In this document: positions 13,848 to 26,700 of the stretch, piece after piece
Layout: each line of letters opens with the position of its first letter
How positions within the stretch are numbered: the first letter of the stretch is position 1
Assembly (NCBI GenBank): GCA_965153285.1
Contig: OZ229112.1
Strand: one strand, 5' to 3'
From: Podarcis tiliguerta
Taxonomy: Eukaryota
DNA: 64,000 bases
The notes under the pieces: generated by a model
What the model was told of the DNA's origin: nothing
The model's input: only the letters and a program-made list of their open reading frames with translations
The model's database searches: none
Program-made: the position numbers and the translations under genes

Positions 13848-14670
13848 TTACTACAGCTACCAATTAACCATTTATTTAGTAGTAGTACTCTCTCTGTACT
13901 AGAAATTGTATGGGGCATTAACTTAACCCATGACTGGTTTAGACATCACATAAAAACAATAATTTAGAGCTACAAAGTGGTGTCTCAGAAACTCTGGTTC
14001 ATAATGCGTATTTGGAACTTCAAAACATGGGCTTCACACACTAGTGCTGCATATGAAACCTGAAGCATGCAGAGTTCTCTGACTCCTTGCAGTAGGCCTG
14101 CCACCCACAAGACACTGGGCAAACCAGGCCTACTTGCTATTTCTTGCTCAAACTTGTTGAGACCTGGTTCTGGACCACCCCGTTCCCTGTCCCCCGTCCC
14201 ATCAAGTTTGGTGCAGCAGCAGCAGCGGCACCACCACCACCAATGGTGATATGGCTATGAGATGTGTATGTGTGTAATTCTGAATTTACAAGTGGAAAGA
14301 GGCATCAGTGTTCACATCTGAAAACTCTACTTGTGTACCACATCCAGCTTGGCCCACGTCTGGGGGATTATCTAATAAGATACAGCTATTTTCTTCGTCA
14401 CAGATATCAGCTGAAAAATGTGGGCTTCGTTCACCTTTTATCTGGTATACTTTCATCTTACTAAATCTACATCTACATCTTCCATTTTCTTCTGCATGGC
14501 TTTTCCACTTTTTAAAAACAAAACAAAATGAGTCACAAATTGATTGTATCTGAGGGAACTGAGAGGGATGTCAAATTGACAAGTGGATAGGAGGAAAACA
14601 TAGACTTTAAAAAGAATGAACCCTGGGTGTGAGTAATAAGGAGACCTGGGCATTTGTGTGCGAGCAAGCG

Positions 14671-14714
14671 AAAGAGAGCGAGAGCGAGAGCGAGAGAGAG
14701 AGAGAGAGAGAGAG
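14671..14714. repeat. (GAGAGC)n/(GA)n microsatellite
   Basis: Direct reading. Confidence 0.9.
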
Positions 14715-15048
14715 ATGGGTGAATTCCTACATTGGAGCTTGAACCAACCAGACTCTAGAAATAAGAAAAAGGAAATGAAAATCTGAAATGATTAGATCAC
14801 ACCTTTTGCAAGGTCAAACAGCAGGGGAAGCATATTTCAAAAGGAGTGTGCTTCTAATTTCCTGTCTTCATTAAGATTAAAGGCATGAAGCAATTTAGGT
14901 GTGAAAGTTGAATAACCAGCTTAACTTTACACTTTCTGATAGACAACAATTTAGCAGTATCTACTTACGATTCTGTGGTCTGGGTTGGGAAATATTCATT
15001 TTCATACCAGAGGTTTTGGCAAAACCATTTGAAATATATCACTACTGT

Positions 15049-15079
<31 letters not shown>

Positions 15080-15521
15080 ATTTCCCCCCAGCATTCAAGT
15101 TTATCTGGATACTATGTTTCTCCACAGACAAAGGTATCGATCTAGTGGTTGTCTGATATGCATACCAGCAACAGAAAACAAAAACACCTAATACCATATA
15201 TATCAAAATACTTGCTTTTTTCTTGCATGCTGCAAGAGACTGTTTTCATTGTTTCTCAGTTGACCTGATTCAATGCCATTGCTTACCACAGATGGGAAAT
15301 GAATGTTATCATTAACTCAAGGCATATATTTCTAGGTTGCATGACAGAACACCCATCATGTGCTAGCAGTTCTTAGCTATCACAAACAGAATCTGATCCA
15401 GGGGAATAATCCATATTGCTTTCCAACTGCTTCCAAGACCAACTAATTCGACTAAGCACCATGGAAAAGCAGTTTGCCGAATATCTGTGGTTTGCTTGTC
15501 TAACAATCATACAACATGTTA

Positions 15522-15676
15522 CAGTGCAATCCTATGCAAGGAGACCATCTTGGCTGCGAGTCCTGGTAGACATGTTCCCTGTCTTGCAGGACTTTTTCCA
15601 CTTGGTCCGGGAGGGCAGGGAGCAGGTCTTAACAGGACTCACAGCCAAAATGGTCTCCTTGCATAGGATTGCACTG
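15522..15676. mobile_element. 155-bp foldback element
   Basis: 44-bp inverted arms starting CAGTGCAATCCTATGCAAGGAGACCAT, with 2 mismatches. Confidence 0.75.
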
Positions 15677-15751
15677 GAAACTTGCACAACTGGCAGAACA
15701 GCAGCAGATATGTTCTATGCTTAGGATAATATTTTAGTCCCTTGTTAATTA

Positions 15752-15976
15752 CAGTGGTACCTCGGGTTAAGTACTTAATTCGTTCCGGAGGTCCGTTCTT
15801 AACCTGAAACTGTTCTTAACCTGAAGAGCACTTTAGCTAATGGGGCCTCCTGCTGTCGTCACGCCGCCGAAGCATGATTTCTGTTCTCATCCTGAAGCAA
15901 AGTTCTTAACCTGAAGCACTATTTCTGGCTTAGCGGAGTCTGTAACCTGAAGCGTATGTAACCTGAGGTACCACTG
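15752..15976 (+). mobile_element. Tigger/pogo-like (Tc1-mariner) MITE
   Basis: TIRs CAGTGGTACCTC.GGTTA, TA target duplication. Confidence 0.92.
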
Positions 15977-18900
15977 TATACTATTTTAAATGTGCTTTTC
16001 ATATTTGGCTTCCTTTAGTAATGCTTTCTTTTGAAACATTAAGAATTTTTGTTAACTTTGCTGTGTTAAATGTGCATTTTGCAGTTTAATGTTTTATTTT
16101 GAAATCTTTTTCATAACATTTTAGTTCCCTGTTTAGTATGTTGCTTTGAATGCATACTTTATATCCAACTTTCTTCAGTAATGTTTTTATTCTGGATTGT
16201 TTTATTTGATGTTCTGATGTGTGGTAAACCGCTTGGATATTTTATCTGATAAATGTAAAGCAGTATAGAAATTAAATGAATAATAATAGTACTTAGAAAT
16301 AAGTCCTACTGTGTTCAGTGGGGCTCCCTTCCAAGTGTATGTGGATTTTAGTCTTCATAATCTTATCCTGCAGTCCTTTATATACTTACCTGGGGATAAG
16401 TAGGACTTCACTTCTGAAGAGATATGTCTACAGTTTCACTATTACAGAAAAACAAATGCAGCAATTGTCAGTTATTATGGATATCTAGATTTTATATTTA
16501 AGTAAGTGAGATTCAGACTTCCTATTATTCATAGCACTAATTAATTGCACAGGCAACACAGAATACTGCAAATTTCATTAAACATTTAGCTGAAACTATT
16601 CCTTGATTTACAAAGGAAATGCTCCCTGAATCTTAATCACAATGGAGAAAATATCACCACTAATAATACAAAATGAGATCTGCTTTCAACTGTAACTTTC
16701 CTTCATTTTATGGAGCATGTGGTTTTTAAAACTGTCTTTTTGGAAAGAAATCAATGGCGCAAGGCACCACAGGGGTACACCCCTCCCCTGGTTTATTCCT
16801 TAGTATTTTGTTAAATGTCTTTGACTAAATGAAGTAATAAAATATAATGAAAATCTTTCGGATTCATCATTAAGATTTCATTTTAAGCTAGGAATGCATA
16901 AAAACTGTCAAGGAAAAAAATTATTTCCATCACTTATGCCATTAGATCACACTTTTAGTGAAACTGGCTCATACATTATGAACTTAAAAATATTTTAATA
17001 TTTCTTCAATTTCCTGAGAAAGAGAGCAGATCGTATACAGACAAGATGTAAATTTCAAAAAGATTGTCCCACTTCCTCCCTCCCAAGAAACAGGGAATGA
17101 TCAAGAATCTACACTGATATGTGCAAGTTCGGATGGGGTCTGTAATTCACAACAGGAAAGATTATATCCTTATCTGGAAGGCAGTTATACAGATCACAAG
17201 GTCTGCACAGTTGCCCTTATAACCTTGTCAGCCCCAGTAAGATTATGTCAATCCAAATAAGGTCCAAGGGAAGTTGGGCTAGCCCAAGATATTTTGTTGC
17301 CTGAGGTTGCCCCGTCTTCGGTCAAAATGAATAGCATCTTGGATCAAGGTGAGGTGAAAATCCCACAAGCACCTGTTGTATTATAAACAAACAAACAACA
17401 ACTTAATTGGTTCCCTTATGAGCTGCTGGGATGGCAGCCTCACCCTGCCTCACGATATGTCTGGCCCTGATCCTGGTAATTATCATTGTTTAATTGACAC
17501 TGGAAATGGAGAATGGCTAAGCTGGGGTTTTCCCATAGTAGCATGCTATAGACATAGCACACTGGCTTCATTGTTCAAGTGCTTTATTCCGTCAGAATCG
17601 GATCAAAACAGTAAAGCATCCCTGGCCTAGCATATATATGGTGTGTTTAAAGAAAAAAAAACACATATGTTTTACCTGCCCTGGTATCTGTATAGGTGAA
17701 GTATATTTATAAGTATTTTAATAAGAAAAAAGATAAGGTGATAAGGTGTGTTCTATGTGTGTTTCCATCAGGTGGTGTATAATCATCCATATACACACAT
17801 TTACAAACTGTGGGATTTCCCAACAAGAACATGAGGGGTGTTTTGTGCTTTTGAATCGTTAGCAGTTCTTAAAAAGCAAAATGAAACAAATGCTATTTCT
17901 ATTAAAGTATTTTTTTGTGGAGGTGTGTGTTTATTGGCATAAAACACCCTTCTACAATCTTGGGCCCTTTAGATATTTTGGGCTACAAGCCCCATCAGCC
18001 CCACCCCACCCCCGTCCTTCATTTCCCTTTTCAAAAGTTACGATGACCTTCTGTACATTTGTCAGAGTTTGCAAATACAAAGTTCAGCAGCCTATTAATA
18101 TCAGGAAATTTGTACAAAATGGATTCATAATTTGTATATTTGCCATTTTAAATTATTTTTTTTAGTGCACAGTTCTCCTTCAACCACAAACATTTAACAA
18201 GATAAAATATTATAGAAAATTGCATTGACATTGAACAGCAAGTGAAATAAAAAGCTTTGGCCTTGACTAATGGAGCAGCGGACAGCGCTGCCACCATTGT
18301 ATTCTGGGCTGTTTTCTTATCTACATTTTCTCTTTAGATTTTAGGATGCTTTTCCTCAATAACACAATAAAGCATTGCCCATCTCAGTGATTCAAATAGT
18401 TGCCAGTTTTAAATGCAGAGTTCTAGGGGAAGTAATGGTTAGTGTTCATTTTTCTTTTCTTTTTCTCTTTAAAAAGAAACCAAAAACATACAATTATGAA
18501 AAATGTTGATAAGCTCTTTTAAAGAGACACAGGGGGTGCAATTAGAACATCTGCACAAATATCTGAACTTTGGAAATAAACCTTATGTGTTTTTCCTTCG
18601 ATTAGTTCCCTTTTTAAAAAATGAACAAATGTTTAATAATGAGCTTTCTGGTTATTGAAAACCAGTTCTGTCTATACTTTTGTGTATTTGGCATAAACTC
18701 TTTTATAAAATTTCCAGCACAGCTGTTAATGCTGCAGCTACTCTGAGTCCCCATTAAATGTCAACGGTTGCTACTTTCAACAGTCTATTCTCTCCCTCCC
18801 TCCCCCTGGAAGTTTTGCTTTCTATAAAACTGAAAATATGTGATATAGTTTTACTATTTAACAGTTCTGCAGCCATGAATTCAAAATGGGGCTCAACTTG

Positions 18901-19192
18901 ATCTATAAAAATGTGCTGCCAGAAAAGGGAATTTATTAAAGGGAATTGAGAATACAAGGTTTATTTCCCCTACACAGTCATTTTCAAGCACAAATCTTTT
19001 TGTCTCAATTTGCAAACGTGTAACATTGCTCCCTCTTCTGCAGTAACTAAAGTTATGGTACTCAGACTTCCCTGAGGTTTTAACATTTCAGGAAAGGAAG
19101 GTTGATGACAGGACAAGTGACATGATATGAAATGTTCTTTGTGTAGGCTGCTAATGTCAATGCTGTATTCCAACTGAAATTTAGACCCATTG

Positions 19193-19809
19193 TGAAGGGA
19201 AATTACATGAAAATGATATATAGATGGTACCCAATGCCGAGTGAATTAGCGAATATGTACAAATCTGAATTAAGTATGTGTTGGAAAGCAGAAGGAACGT
19301 TTTATCATATGTGGTGGACATGAAGAATAGTTAAGGATTATTGGGAAATGATTTAGAATGAGATGAAAAAATTGTTTAAAAGAACATTCCCCCCTCCCAA
19401 AAAACAGAGGCATTTCTTCTAGGAATAGCGCAGACAGACGTTCCCAGGGGCCAGAAAAAATATGTATTCAACTACAGCAGCTCGGATTTTGTTAGCCCAA
19501 AAATGGAGGGTGGGAGAGGTCCCAAAGGCGGAATGGCATCTTAAAAGGATGGGGTATGCAGTTAGCAGGTCTAAAGCAGAATAAGAGAACAACAAGATAG
19601 AGTTCATAGAGAGGAATGGAAAATATTTGTGGAGTATCTGGAAGATAACTGTAAACAAGTGAAAAAGTTAGCAGGATTAGATGGTTGGAATAGAATATGA
19701 AGTAATAATGGGAAAATTAAAAGAACAATGAAAGGAGAAGTCAATGAATGTACTATCTTATTGGATATTTTATTGTGGAAAATGTATAACTGGAAATTGT
19801 AAATATATA
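19193..19809 (+). mobile_element. L1-clade LINE, 5'-truncated, decayed ORF2 C-terminus
   Basis: Encodes NYMKMIYRWY...CWK...EGTFYHMWWT*...KDYWEMI (Cys-rich region) with stops; perfect 18-bp TSD TGAAATTTAGACCCATTG at 19175-19192 and 19810-19827. Confidence 0.85.
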
Positions 19810-20225
19810 TGAAATTTAGACCCATTGATTTTAATGGGCTTAAAAGGTGCAAAGACCTGTGCTTGATTATGGTCTGCATGCACCTGTGCCAGCATGAAAT
19901 TTATTGGAGTATCAGTCAATAACAGAGTGATCTTAAGTCTGGCTAGGAAGCAACGGTGGCAGTAAGAAATGGTGGAGCCCTCTGAAACCCTGCTACCCAC
20001 CCCAGCCAGTATGGCACAACACAGAGACCCCATCTCAGAGCATTGCTTGCGCCATAATTTCAAGACCAGCAGGTGGAGATGTCTTCTGGATCTTAACCCC
20101 CTCTACCAGTGTGGATCAGGGTTTGGGGCTCTAGCCTAATTCTACTATCACCATCTCACAAAGCATGAACTATGTCACAGACAGATACACCAGCATAGAT
20201 ATTAAGAACTGGAGTGCCAATGTAT

Positions 20226-20231
20226 TTTATT
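20226..20231 (-). terminator. Candidate polyadenylation signal AATAAA of SPACA1
   Basis: First canonical AATAAA I found on the minus strand, about 255 nt after the stop; an ATTAAA at 20449-20454 is an alternative. Confidence 0.5.
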
Positions 20232-20484
20232 GTGCGAGTTTGGGTATGCGAAAACATCTCACTTTGGCTGTTCAACAGCACAGAAAGGCAGAGGCTCCTG
20301 ATGAACCAGACCAATCTTGACAGCAGAAATCAGTCCTTAAGTCTGGTTGATGCTGTTTCCCACTACTGTCTCAATGTTCACAACCAAGCTTAATCAGAGC
20401 GGCAAAAAGCACTTCTCAGACCTGGTACTCTTAATATATCGAGCATACTTTAATCTCTCCCTTTTATAAAATAATCTCTCTTTT

Positions 20485-20725
20485 CTAGTAATTCCCCTTG
20501 TCTGCATCTCCTCCTTCTCCTCCTCCCCCTCCCCCTCCTCCTTCGCTGCCTCTTGATGGTCCAGTCCACTCCTGGTAAGTAGAAACCGGTTCTCCTGCAT
20601 TGTTGTCTAGTTGCGACATCTGGTCTACTGCGGTGAACTGCCCCGATGACGTCCTCAATGAACTTGAGCTTGGCTCCTCTCTGCTTCGCCAAACTTTTGT
20701 TTGCCAGAACATTTTGACAGCAGCC
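20485..20725 (-). CDS. SPACA1: SPACA1 exon 7 (coding part): cytoplasmic tail [11 protein letters not shown]...[30 protein letters not shown]
   Basis: Acceptor CTTATCTTGTAG; the first G completes the TGG codon from exon 6; WAAVKxFW motif; TAG stop at 20487-20485. Confidence 0.92.
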
Positions 20726-23700
20726 CTACAAGATAAGCCGCAACCAGATCATAAGACAAAAGCCACCTGTCTTTGTGTCATTTTGAAAAAGCAGGCTCGA
20801 GACAGAAAATACTTTTTTAAAAGTCTTGAATAAAGGTTAAGGGCATAGCTGTCAACGTTTCCCTTTTTTTTTAAAGGGAAATTCCCTTATTCCAAATAGG
20901 ATTCCTCGCAAGAAAAGGGAAAAGTTGACAGCTATGCATCACTTCCAAAGGTGTACACAAGCTTTTCTTCTGCCCTGTTCTGGACTTCTGGTCAGAAAAC
21001 GGTTCTACCTCTAAACCTTGTTCACCAGAGGAGTGTATCCATTATGAGCAATGGAACAGATGAAGCTACCTCACACCGAGGGCTCATCCACACTTGTCCC
21101 ATGCGTGGGTCCCAGGAAAACCCCACTTTTTAGTGCTAAATCAGAGCAAACATCAATCTGGAGAAAACCTAAATAGCTGTTTGCTCTGACTGAGCACTAA
21201 ATATTGGTTTTTGATGAGCAGGGGTTGCAAGCAGTAGGACAAGAAGAAGTGGGGACAAGCCCTGGATCGGACAATTGGTCCACCTAAGACTGAGCCATGC
21301 AAAGCATCATCCTTCCCCTTTATCTCTCTAAAAAAGCTATTTTCTGTCTTCAGCCAAACAGACAGCATACTATAGCACAAACCTTATCACATTAAAATGA
21401 AAGCTTTTCAACCATTCTTCGAATGTCACTCTAGATACAGTACTGGCATTTAAATTCTTGACCTCTCCACTTCTAATGCTCTCTTCTCTCGTTTCCTCCT
21501 ATTCTACTTCTCACCCTTTCCATGCCTCATGAGCCAATTTCCCCACCAGCAGCTTCCTTTATTCATTTCTTCCATTTTTCTGCTTGCAATCTGCCATGAT
21601 GCTTCCTGTATCTGGAACAGTTCCTCTTCCCCTTTAAAGGTCTCCTCAGGGTTTTGTTTTGTTTGTAATGCCTTTGCTAGTTTTGCAGGTTCACCTATTC
21701 TTTACTGTTTGTTACCAGCTAAACCAGATTCATAACTGCATCTAGAAGGGACGTGGTTGGCGCTGTGGGTTAACCCACAGAGCCTAGGACTTGCTGATCG
21801 GTAGGTCGGCGGTTCGAATCCCTGTGATGGGGTGAGCTCCCGTTCCTCGGTCCCTGCTCTTGCCAACCTAGCAGTTCGAAAGCACGTCAAAGTGCAAGTA
21901 GATAAATAGGTACCGCTGCAGCGGGAAGGTAAAAGGCGTTTCCATGTGCTGCTCTGGTTCACCAGAAGCGGCTTAGTCATGCTGGCCACATGACCCGGAA
22001 GCTGTTGGCCAATAAAGCGAGATGAGCACCACAACCCCAGAGTTGGTCACGACTGGACCTAATGGTCAGGGGTCCCTTTACCTTTACCTGCATCTAGAAG
22101 CCCCTGGCCAGCCTTATAAACAAAGTTACATCAAACAATTGCTCTGGGAGACAGATTCTTGAGTGAGGCAGCTCTTTCTATGAATGTCATTTCGCAACAA
22201 GCAACTATGTGTGGATTGTTCTTGTCTTCCCACCTAAAGTATGGAGATGCTTGTAGTTGGCACAGTTAGAAAGCCTGCTTTCACGCCTCATTGCCAGAGT
22301 GTATGTCTGCCCTAGTACCCTCCTTTTCCACAAAATATTTGTACTGTACTGCATATAACTTCTGGAGTTCTTACATCATCATATACAATCTCCTGACCAG
22401 TACTGAACTTGGCTTCTGCAACATAAATGCCATAAACAGAAAGCACATGACCTTCCCCCCAAAGAATCCTGGGAACAGTGGTTTGCCCTGCACAGAACTA
22501 CAATTCCCAGCATCCCTTAACAAACTACACCTCCCAGGATTCTTTGGGTGATGTAATTTGCTTTAAAAGGTATGGTGCTTGTTGCAGCCATAATGTGACA
22601 GTTCGTTGTTACCCAACTGCAAAGTCTGTTTCAGTTTAACACTGTTTACCTACCAATTAAGGATGATGAAGATTATTGCAAAGACCACGCCAACACAAAC
22701 AATAACTCCAGTTATGAGGACAAACACCAAAACTATATCTGTATTTGGCTTCTTCAACCTTCTTGTTTCCAACTCTAAAGAAAGGCAAAACTGTTATTAT
22801 GGAAATGTTGGTAAACAGAATTTTGAAAAGGATGAAAATAAAAAAGGGTTCTTTTTAAATATGCTTTGTTATGTTTTATAGAAATCTCCACTAAGTTTTT
22901 CTGTGACATAAGAAAGCAATTCTAAATTGTACAAAAGGTGCACCTTTTAAAAGGCAGGCATCACAAGGCAGATCATTATGCACTATAACCTTAAGCAAAA
23001 CTGTTATGTCACTACTATGTACCATCCCTGTGCACGGTTTGAAAGAGTGCAAGACACCAGGAAAGATTCAGAGCACAGCAGCAGGAATTTTAAAGAACCG
23101 ACATATGGAGGAACTAAACAAGTAAATAAGCACAAGAACTTAGAACATCACTTCTATTTACAAAAGAGACACAGTATATTGCAGTAGACCTTTAAAATGC
23201 TCTTATATAACATGCTAATGAGTGTAAGGTTAGGATAGCTTATGTAAATAAAATGTTGATCATCAGAAGTAATAAAATTCAGCCGCAGTTTGAAACAGTA
23301 AGATTTAAAGGGGTAGGTCCAAATAATGCCTCTGAGCAAAGCAACCCTTGGAAAAAGTGGCATCCACCAGCTGATGACTTAGTTCCTGAAACCAGATAAA
23401 TCAGCCAAGGAAGCTTTCAGACATCATACCTAGCGATGATTATTTTCACCTACTAGTGGAGCTGCCCTGGTTTGGTGGAAGGTGAATTAAAAACCAGCAC
23501 CACAGTGTTGTCATACATATCACTGTTGGTCACCATGGGGTGGAAAGAAATGTGGCAAAGAATAAGGCCTTTTTTTAAAAAAATCACAGGTAAAGCTTTC
23601 TTGTGGTTGATGCTCGCCTAACTACATGCATGCAGAAAGCGTGAGCAGTTGCACTCTAGCCTTCTCAGGACAACCTAGTTTCCTATGCACAGCTTACTTT

Positions 23701-26700
23701 GCTTTTATGTATTGCTGTTCTGTTTTTATTTTTAAGTGATAGCTCCAGGACGGCTGCACCATAACCATGAAAACAAGCCCACAAATATTATTACCGTGCA
23801 CTCTTATTTTATTTTTTTGTTACTAGCCTGATAGAACCCTAGTATCCTGCATTTCCTTTCAGGGAGGGGGGCAGGGAATTGCCTTCTGCCACGTGAGCTA
23901 GCGCTGGAGGGGTGGCACTGTGTTTCCATGCAGGCTGCAGAGGAAGGGGCTTCCCTTCCACCATGGCCAGCACAAAGACTGAACAGGGTGGCAGAGAAGG
24001 AATACATTGTCCCCTGCATTGGGACCAGCATGGAAATGCAGAGGAAGAGACAGGGTGACCTATCCCTCTGCCAGCCTCCTGCAAGCCCCCTCCTCAGCAG
24101 ACCCCTTGCAATAAAGGAAAGCGATAGGGAAATGTGCCAGGAATTGTGGGACAACACTTGCTTGGTGCAACTGTAGTGTAACTTCCCCACCAACAGATCA
24201 GAATGAATGCTCGTTAAATAGCACGCCCTGTCTAATCTCTCCGCAAACAAATCAGGCTTAATGCTCATTCAGCAGGTAGCATGGAACAACCTCACCCACT
24301 TGCAGGGAATTCCTTGCTGTCTGGCAACCAGGTGAGTTAGGCAAAAGGTTGCTGCATTTAACTTCTTCTGAACATGCTGTTTGTTTGTTTGGTGGATTTT
24401 TACCCTACCACTCAATATTTTAAATGCAGCTCACAAATAAAACTTAATTTTAAAATTCATTGTGAGCATACCCCCCTCTGCACCAAGGTATCAAATAAAA
24501 TAGTGTTCACCTGTAGTATATATTTTCTGAGCTGCTACAAACAATCGAGTGTGCTAGCAGAACACAATCCTTTCTGTTTCTGAACTAGGATTTATAACCA
24601 TACAATATTACACAGAGATTCTCTTAAATCCTTTTCTTAAGGCCTCCAAAGGCTTGAGATTCTGGCAGGAGGCAGGAAATGTCTGCTAGTACAGAATGTA
24701 GCATAATGAATTCCTGCTTCTAAACACTACTGTAAATACCGTGGAATAATCCAGCAAGCAAGATGACCTAGTTTGCAACACTACCTAGTTCACAATACTG
24801 CATTCTCACAGTTCAAAGTAAACTCCCCCCTTGTGCAAATGACGTCAGGTCTGTTAAAAGGAACAGAATGCCAAGACAGACTCTTTGTTCCAAAATCATT
24901 ATAATTCTTTTATCTTTAGAGGAGGGATAGCATGGGAAAGACTGCATTACTGGAAACAAACCAACGTTTTCTATATAAGCTCAATTTTAGTGTGTTAACT
25001 CCATCCTGAATAGAAAAGGAGGCGGCTGCAGCCCTACAAGGAAAATGAGACAAGGCAGCAATACAACAATGTGCTCAAAACAGAAAATATAGAACAATAT
25101 GGCTTGCCAAACACATTTTGATGTGTCACATTATTCAAAGGCAAGATGATCTTAGGGCCAAACTACATGTTACAATAGCACGCTCCCTCTCGCTCTCTCT
25201 CTATATCTGTGCTTTTAGGTTTCTTAAAAACCAGATTGCTAGCATGGGGAGGAGGGGTTATATTAGCCTTTGTCCTTAACTAGGTGCTGACTTGCATAAG
25301 AATAAGGTTGCCATGGAAGTGTGGGAGACACACACACAAACTGGAAGTGTAAGGGGCTAAAGGTGAACTGGAATAATAGGAGGTGGCCAAGAGGGCCACC
25401 CCTGGCCCCTCTAGACTTAAAGATGCAGGTAGGTAGCTAATTTAACATGTGCTTTGGCCCTTCTCTTGCTATCTTCTTGGAGCAGTTTACTGAGAACATG
25501 TTATTTCTTGAGCATCATTCTGAGTAAGTTGCTTGCACTTTCCAGGGCAATGTGCTGCAATGCCATAGACCCTGCCTGCACAGGAAATGACCTGAATGAA
25601 AGCTACGCTACAAAAATTGCCTCTGCACAGCCAACTGGATATCACGTTAATGTGGGTGAGCTGTCCTTTCTGAAAACTGGCCAGCTGCTGCCTCCACCTC
25701 CTCCCCTGTGGTTGCCAACACACACTCACTCGCTCACACGGGTGATGGCACAAGAGGCACGCTCTGGATCTTGTCTGGCTGTCTCTTCCCATGGCAAGAG
25801 GAGGAGAATAATCCCCTTCACTTACAACACACTCCCTCCCACACAGAACTATTATCAGAAAACATGAATAAACTGCCTTATGTCACTCGCTTTGTCAGAA
25901 GTAAGCTAAGACCCAAAATAGGCTGGAGTATGGAACAGAGCAACCGTGCAGTAGAAAGGTTGCCTGATGCAGAATACCATTAACAGTTACGGTGATTTTC
26001 TTTGCAATAGCCAGAAGAAGTTGAAAAGACATGGAGGGAGGGGTTTCCAATTTCTGCTGAGAAGAGCCAGGACCTATGAGCCTAGGCCTCTGCTGAAAAC
26101 CAAACAGAGAACCTCACCAATGATGAGGAATTAATAGAGCATTAATGAGAAACGAATCATCCTGTGCAAAATACTCCTTATGGATAGCTCTTCGTTTATA
26201 CCAGCTTTATCCTAACACACACACACACACACCCCTTAGAAATTGGAGCAATTGTTCATGTAGATTCTTCCTGCTCTTTTGACACACCTATCCACTCATC
26301 TCCCTGTTGTCTCCAAAACTACACTAAAAACTGCTGCAACACACGTTTTGAGCAAGAACACAGTTATACCGTATTTTTTGCTCTATAAGACGCACCAGAC
26401 CACAGGATGCACCTAGTTTTTGGAGGAGGAAAACAAGGAAAAAAATATTCTACAGTGAAAGCAGCGATCCCTCTTCCTGTTCTGGCTTCTGGGATAGCTG
26501 CGCAGCCTGCATTCGCTCCATAAGACGCACACACATTTCCCCTTACTTTTTAGGAGGAGAAAAGTGAGTCTTATAGAGCAAAAAATACAGTAATCTCTTA
26601 TAGGAAAATTTCCCACCAGGCACAACATTATATCATTTACGCACCACCTGAGAATAAAGTGGTACCATCCCTCCTATAGTTCCTTTTTTTAAAAAAAAAG

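Noticed and set aside
18268-18292. REST/NRSE-like site GCGGACAGCGCT
   Set aside because: Only the right half matches; the TTCAGCACC half is absent
1-20000. CNR1 or another neighbouring gene expected from mammalian synteny
   Set aside because: No long single-exon GPCR ORF or other recognisable exons in the window
20450-20692. Alternative frame of SPACA1 exon 7 gives a protamine-like [16 protein letters not shown] run; the third frame gives poly-Glu
   Set aside because: By-product of the GGA repeat; the splice phase fixes the Gly frame and these ORFs have no ATG or splice support
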